Positions 38,179-42,088 of a stretch of DNA of 42,088 nucleotides are shown piece by piece. Made by a program: the position numbers and the translations under genes. The stretch lies in assembly GCF_001194135.2 (NCBI RefSeq), contig NC_068982.1, positions 19,616,363 to 19,658,450 on the forward strand. Reading direction: 5' to 3'. Positions within the stretch are counted from its first letter, which is position 1; the number at the start of each line of letters is the position of its first letter. Source of the DNA: Octopus bimaculoides. Its lineage: Eukaryota. Below the pieces are notes generated by a model, which was not told the origin of the DNA, made no database searches, and saw only the letters and a list, made by a program, of their open reading frames with translations.

Positions 38179-39560
38179 GTCATATTCCAGAGCATCAATA
38201 TACCCCACCCGTCTTCATATATATATGGATCATTTATACCCAGGATGCAGCTGTTTTAGAAATATTTCGTAGTAATTTTACACCACATAGTTAAATATTC
38301 ACATAGTCACATACCCTGAAGCAGTAATTTCGATTGTACTAAAAGGTTGAAAAGAAATTGAAATTATCACATTTAACAGCATAATCTTAAGCTTAGCCAA
38401 ATACAGATCTTACTTCATGCCTCCAATCTGATTTGTTTTGATATAGGAAAATTCTAGTTTACCAAGATACAAAAGCAACCAGAAATAATACCTATCCTGA
38501 TTAAGTTTTATGTCTATGTATTTACCAACACAATACTCTCTTATTCAGTATCAACAAGCCGTACAGCATTTATGCTAACCGTATTTCTAAACAACAACCA
38601 ATAAAAAAAAAATCAGTTTGTTTATATATATGTCACAAAAACAGCGTGACAAAAGTCAATATACAATGAAAAATTTATGAAGATAAATTATTTTATAATT
38701 CGATAAGCGAAACTGAATATTCCTATTGAAAGATAAATTAGATCTATGTCTGTCTTTTGTTTCAATCATTGGACAGAGATTATGATGAACTTTTGCTTCG
38801 GAGGGCTTAGTCTAACAACTCTCAGTATTTATTTTCTGTTAACCGTGGAACTGAATTTAGAGGTTATTATGCGAGACCGGAAATTTTCGGGGACATATCC
38901 AATTATCAAGTAGTAGTGTTGGCCAGACACAAACTAAAAGACACACATAAATGCATATATATATATATATATATATANNNNNNNNNNNNNNNNNNNNNNN
39001 NNNNNNNNNNNNNNNNNNNNNNNNNNNNNNNNNNNNNNNNNNNNNNNNNNNNNNNNNNNNNNNNNNNNNNNNNNNNNNNNNNNNNNNNNNNNNNNNNNNN
39101 NNNNNNNNNNNNNNNNNNNNNNNNNNNNNNNNNNNNNNNNNNNNNNNNNNNNNNNNNNNNNNNNNNNNNNNNNNNNNNNNNNNNNNNNNNNNNNNNNNNN
39201 NNNNNNNNNNNNNNNNNNNNNNNNNNNNNNNNNNNNNNNNNNNNNNNNNNNNNNNNNNNNNNNNNNNNNNNNNNNNNNNNNNNNNNNNNNNNNNNNNNAT
39301 ATATATAACTGTGTGTGTGTCTGTGTATGTGTACGTATGTGCGCGTGTTTGTAAAGTCGAGTGTGTGCGCGCGCGAGCGCGTGAAAACGTATTGCAAACT
39401 AAATTCTAGGCGCCGAGTGAATCGGTATTCTAGAGAACACAAAAGAATTCTCGAATGCAAGATAGCTGTAAAAACAGCTTAGAGGTATGATGTTCAATTG
39501 TTTTCCGCTTTCTTAAGAGCTTTCTCCGATTTTCCAATTTTCTCGACTGTCTTCGCAGCC

Positions 39561-39566
39561 AGATAC

Positions 39567-39599
<33 letters not shown>

Positions 39600-39600
39600 C

Positions 39601-39646
<46 letters not shown>

Positions 39647-39677
39647 CTAGATAGATAGATAGATAGATAGATAGATA
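39561..39677. repeat. (GATA)n microsatellite
   Basis: Read directly from the sequence. Confidence 0.96.
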
Positions 39678-39682
39678 CAACA

Positions 39683-39788
39683 GGCTTCATTTAGATTCCG
39701 TCTCCTATATCTACTCACAAATTTGGTCCGTGGCTATTGTACACGACCAATGTACTGCGCTGCAGAACTCATCCACAAGCACATGGTT
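39683..39788 (-). mobile_element. Decayed 5' half of SINE family 3
   Basis: GGCTTCATTTAGATTCCGTCTCCTATATCTACTCACAA..TTGGTC..GGCTATTGTA.. resembles the reverse complement of the family-3 head (36317-36415). It is adjacent to a microsatellite at the position of the internal repeat. Confidence 0.55.
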
Positions 39789-39822
39789 ACGCCTGTGCCT
39801 ACATGTTTACATGTAATATGTA

Positions 39823-39960
39823 ACACAGATCTATATTTAAGAGATGAGAAATTATGTACATTATTTACATTATTTACATTTGGCGGATATTTGTCCTAAT
39901 CCTGTTTGTTGTTAACAACAAACAAGATGAGGACAGATACCCGCCAAATGCAAGTAATGT
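39823..39960. mobile_element. Fold-back pair of hammerhead-SINE tails (copy C)
   Basis: Palindrome centred on GTTGTT|AACAAC (39913/39914). The arms are a reverse tail (39825-39913) and a forward tail (39914-39960), flanked by a direct ATGTAATATGTA at 39811-39822 and 39961-39972. Confidence 0.85.
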
Positions 39961-40109
39961 ATGTAATATGTATATCTGCAGCTAAGAAAAATATTTACAC
40001 ATATAAACATTATATGTATTACAGTTCTATATTTAAGAGATGAGGAATTATGTTCATTACTTACATTATTTACATTCGACGTATATTTGTCCTCATCTTG
40101 TTTGTTGTT

Positions 40110-40155
40110 AACACAACGTTTAGGCTGATATACCCTCCAGCCTTCTTCAGGTGTC
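40110..40155 (-). ncRNA. Minimal type-I hammerhead-like motif, one core substitution
   Basis: Minus strand GACAC-CTGAAGA-A-GGCTG-GAGGGTATAT-CAGCC-TAAA-CG-TT-GTGTT. Stems I and II pair fully, but core G12 is replaced by T. Confidence 0.5.
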
Positions 40156-40222
40156 TTGGGGAAATTTCGAACCTGGTTTCTCATTCCTAAGGTAATTTTC
40201 GATATTATTATTATTATTATTT

Positions 40223-40860
40223 TATGTTTGACATTTGTTTTGTATTTGTACAAGTTGGATCCAAGTCTCACCCAGAGACCTCAAGAGACAACAAGTTAGA
40301 AGTTCATGTAGGTGTTATGCCTAGGGTACCATATATTTGGATTTGTACAGTTTTGTATTAGATTTATCTGTAGGGAAATATATGGCATGGTAGAAGGCTG
40401 TAAGAACTTCTTTATTATCTTCCCTAGACCATTTTTCATTCTTTTTCTTTTGGTTATTTGATGACGAGCATGGATGACCATCTGTTGGAATATTCCGGTT
40501 GTGGGGTACTTCCATCTCCTGTGTGTCGGGAAGATTTGAACCAGTAGCAGATTTCTCGACTCGGATCTGGTTCATTATCCGAGTANNNNNNNNNNNNNNN
40601 NNNNNNNNNNNNNNNNNNNNNNNNNNNNNNNNNNNNNNNNNNNNNNNNNNNNNNNNNNNNNNNNNNNNNNNNNNNNNNNNNNNNNNNNNNNNNNNNNNNN
40701 NNNNNNNNNNNNNNNNNNNNNNNNNNNNNNNNNNNNNNNNNNNNNNNNNNNNNNNNNNNNNNNNNNNNGCTAGGGGACGGATCTGTCTGTTTAGGGTAAA
40801 TTTTTTGAGACAACACCATCTCCGAGCTCTCGTGACGTAGCTTCTTAAGGCTAGCAGATC
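40223..40860 (-). mobile_element. Internally deleted R4/Dong-clade non-LTR retrotransposon remnant containing an N-gap
   Basis: The minus frame gives KKKNEKWSREDNKEVLTAFYHAIYFPT, resembling the KWT/S-x-E-x-KEVMxxYY N-terminal motif of R4/Dong ORFs. This joins a UTR-like 3' end (GAGGTCTCTGGGTGAGACTTGG), and both ends abut (AAT)n. Confidence 0.6.
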
Positions 40861-41046
<186 letters not shown>

Positions 41047-41612
41047 TAGTGTTCAGGTCACTGCTTGGAATCTTGGAGTTATTAGCCCGCTCTCTTAACC
41101 ACTACATCATATGCCCGTGGGCATACTTGGCAAACATTGCACGTTCGAATCTCTTAACTTCATTTTTGCTATTTGTGCGTGACATATACCATTCAAACAT
41201 TTTTAATTGTATTCTTACGCATTTACTATCATTAAGAGTGTTTCATTTTCTATTTTCTTCTATTATAAAAATAATAATATTTTGTGTTAAACCTTTGTGT
41301 TGAATCTTTTTCAGTAGGAGGATTCCCTCTTCCTTTTACAGTGTAAGTTTCATTTCCTTTTTTGCAGTTAACATTCGTAATTTATTCATCATTTTTTTTA
41401 TATTGAATTCACGTTCTGTTAAAAGCCGCTTTGCAATATTTCATATTATCGCTGTCTTCTTTAAATCGTGCATTTTCAACTTCTGTACGCTCTGACGGCG
41501 TTTTACTAGCGATAAATATTTCATTGGTTTACCAACCGTAAATATACTTTTAGTATGTTTTTCTCAGCATAAGTAATACTAAGATTACATTGCAATTAAA
41601 TATCTACATATC

Positions 41613-41733
41613 GACTCACAATTGTAAAGTCTTGAGTTCAATTCCCGATGAGGCGTTGCGTCCTTGAGCAAGACATTGTATTTCACTTTGCTCCAGTCCA
41701 CTCAGCTGGCAAAAAAAGAGTTGTTCCTGTATG
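41613..41733 (+). mobile_element. Partial tRNA-derived SINE (family 4, CORE-like)
   Basis: B box GAGTTCAATTCC followed by the CORE-like CCTTGAGCAAGACA..TTTCAC.TTGCTCCAGTCCACTCAGCTGGCAAAA. Confidence 0.65.
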
Positions 41734-42088
41734 AAAAAAACCTTCTTCGGTAAATAATTTATAATCATAAATATATAGGGATTGACAGTAACCTGCTTCT
41801 CCAACATACTGAGCATTCAGAAATAGCAGTCAAAGAACTACTGATTTCAAAACTACAAATTATTACTCCAGATTGATAGCGATATTTTTGATACACACAG
41901 AACAAAAAACAATAGAGAAGAGTAAAAAACACTTGCCTTTAGTTAATTTAGTACAATTGTTTCACAGTTAAGAGTACATAATACTCTATTCTGATCTTCA
42001 GCTAAATATTCTAATAAATTTGTTAATGTCTAAATAACTCACGTTAATTTTGACCATGTGAACATCAATACCACGTGAAGAAGACGTT

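Noticed and set aside
40769-40860. Possible HDV-like ribozyme at the 5' end of the R4/Dong remnant
   Set aside because: A consistent P1-P4 double pseudoknot could not be assembled by eye, and the sequence runs into an N gap.

Overview
AT-rich animal genomic DNA, very dense in microsatellites. The repeat families look like those I recall from Octopus (inference, not database-checked). Nine N-gaps occur at 2883-3004, 7518-7705, 8767-9361, 10006-10015, 11203-11217, 25057-25835, 29010-29256, 38978-39298 and 40586-40768. I cannot support any intact host protein-coding gene: most long ORFs in the track are microsatellite or N read-through, so the window is probably intergenic or intronic. Recognisable content is a full-length decayed DD34D mariner (6165-7441), a second mariner 5' fragment, CR1-like and RTE-like reverse-transcriptase remnants, an internally deleted R4/Dong-like retroelement, and several tRNA-derived SINE families. 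The most interesting signal is a short element present as five full or partial copies. It has a hairpin leader, a tRNA-like Pol III head, a (TAA)n spacer and a tail containing a minimal type-I hammerhead-ribozyme-like motif. Its tail also occurs as inverted copies, as is typical of Penelope-like elements. One copy is inserted into another SINE with a 10-bp target-site duplication. Another copy has been invaded at its (TAA)n spacer by the Dong-like element.
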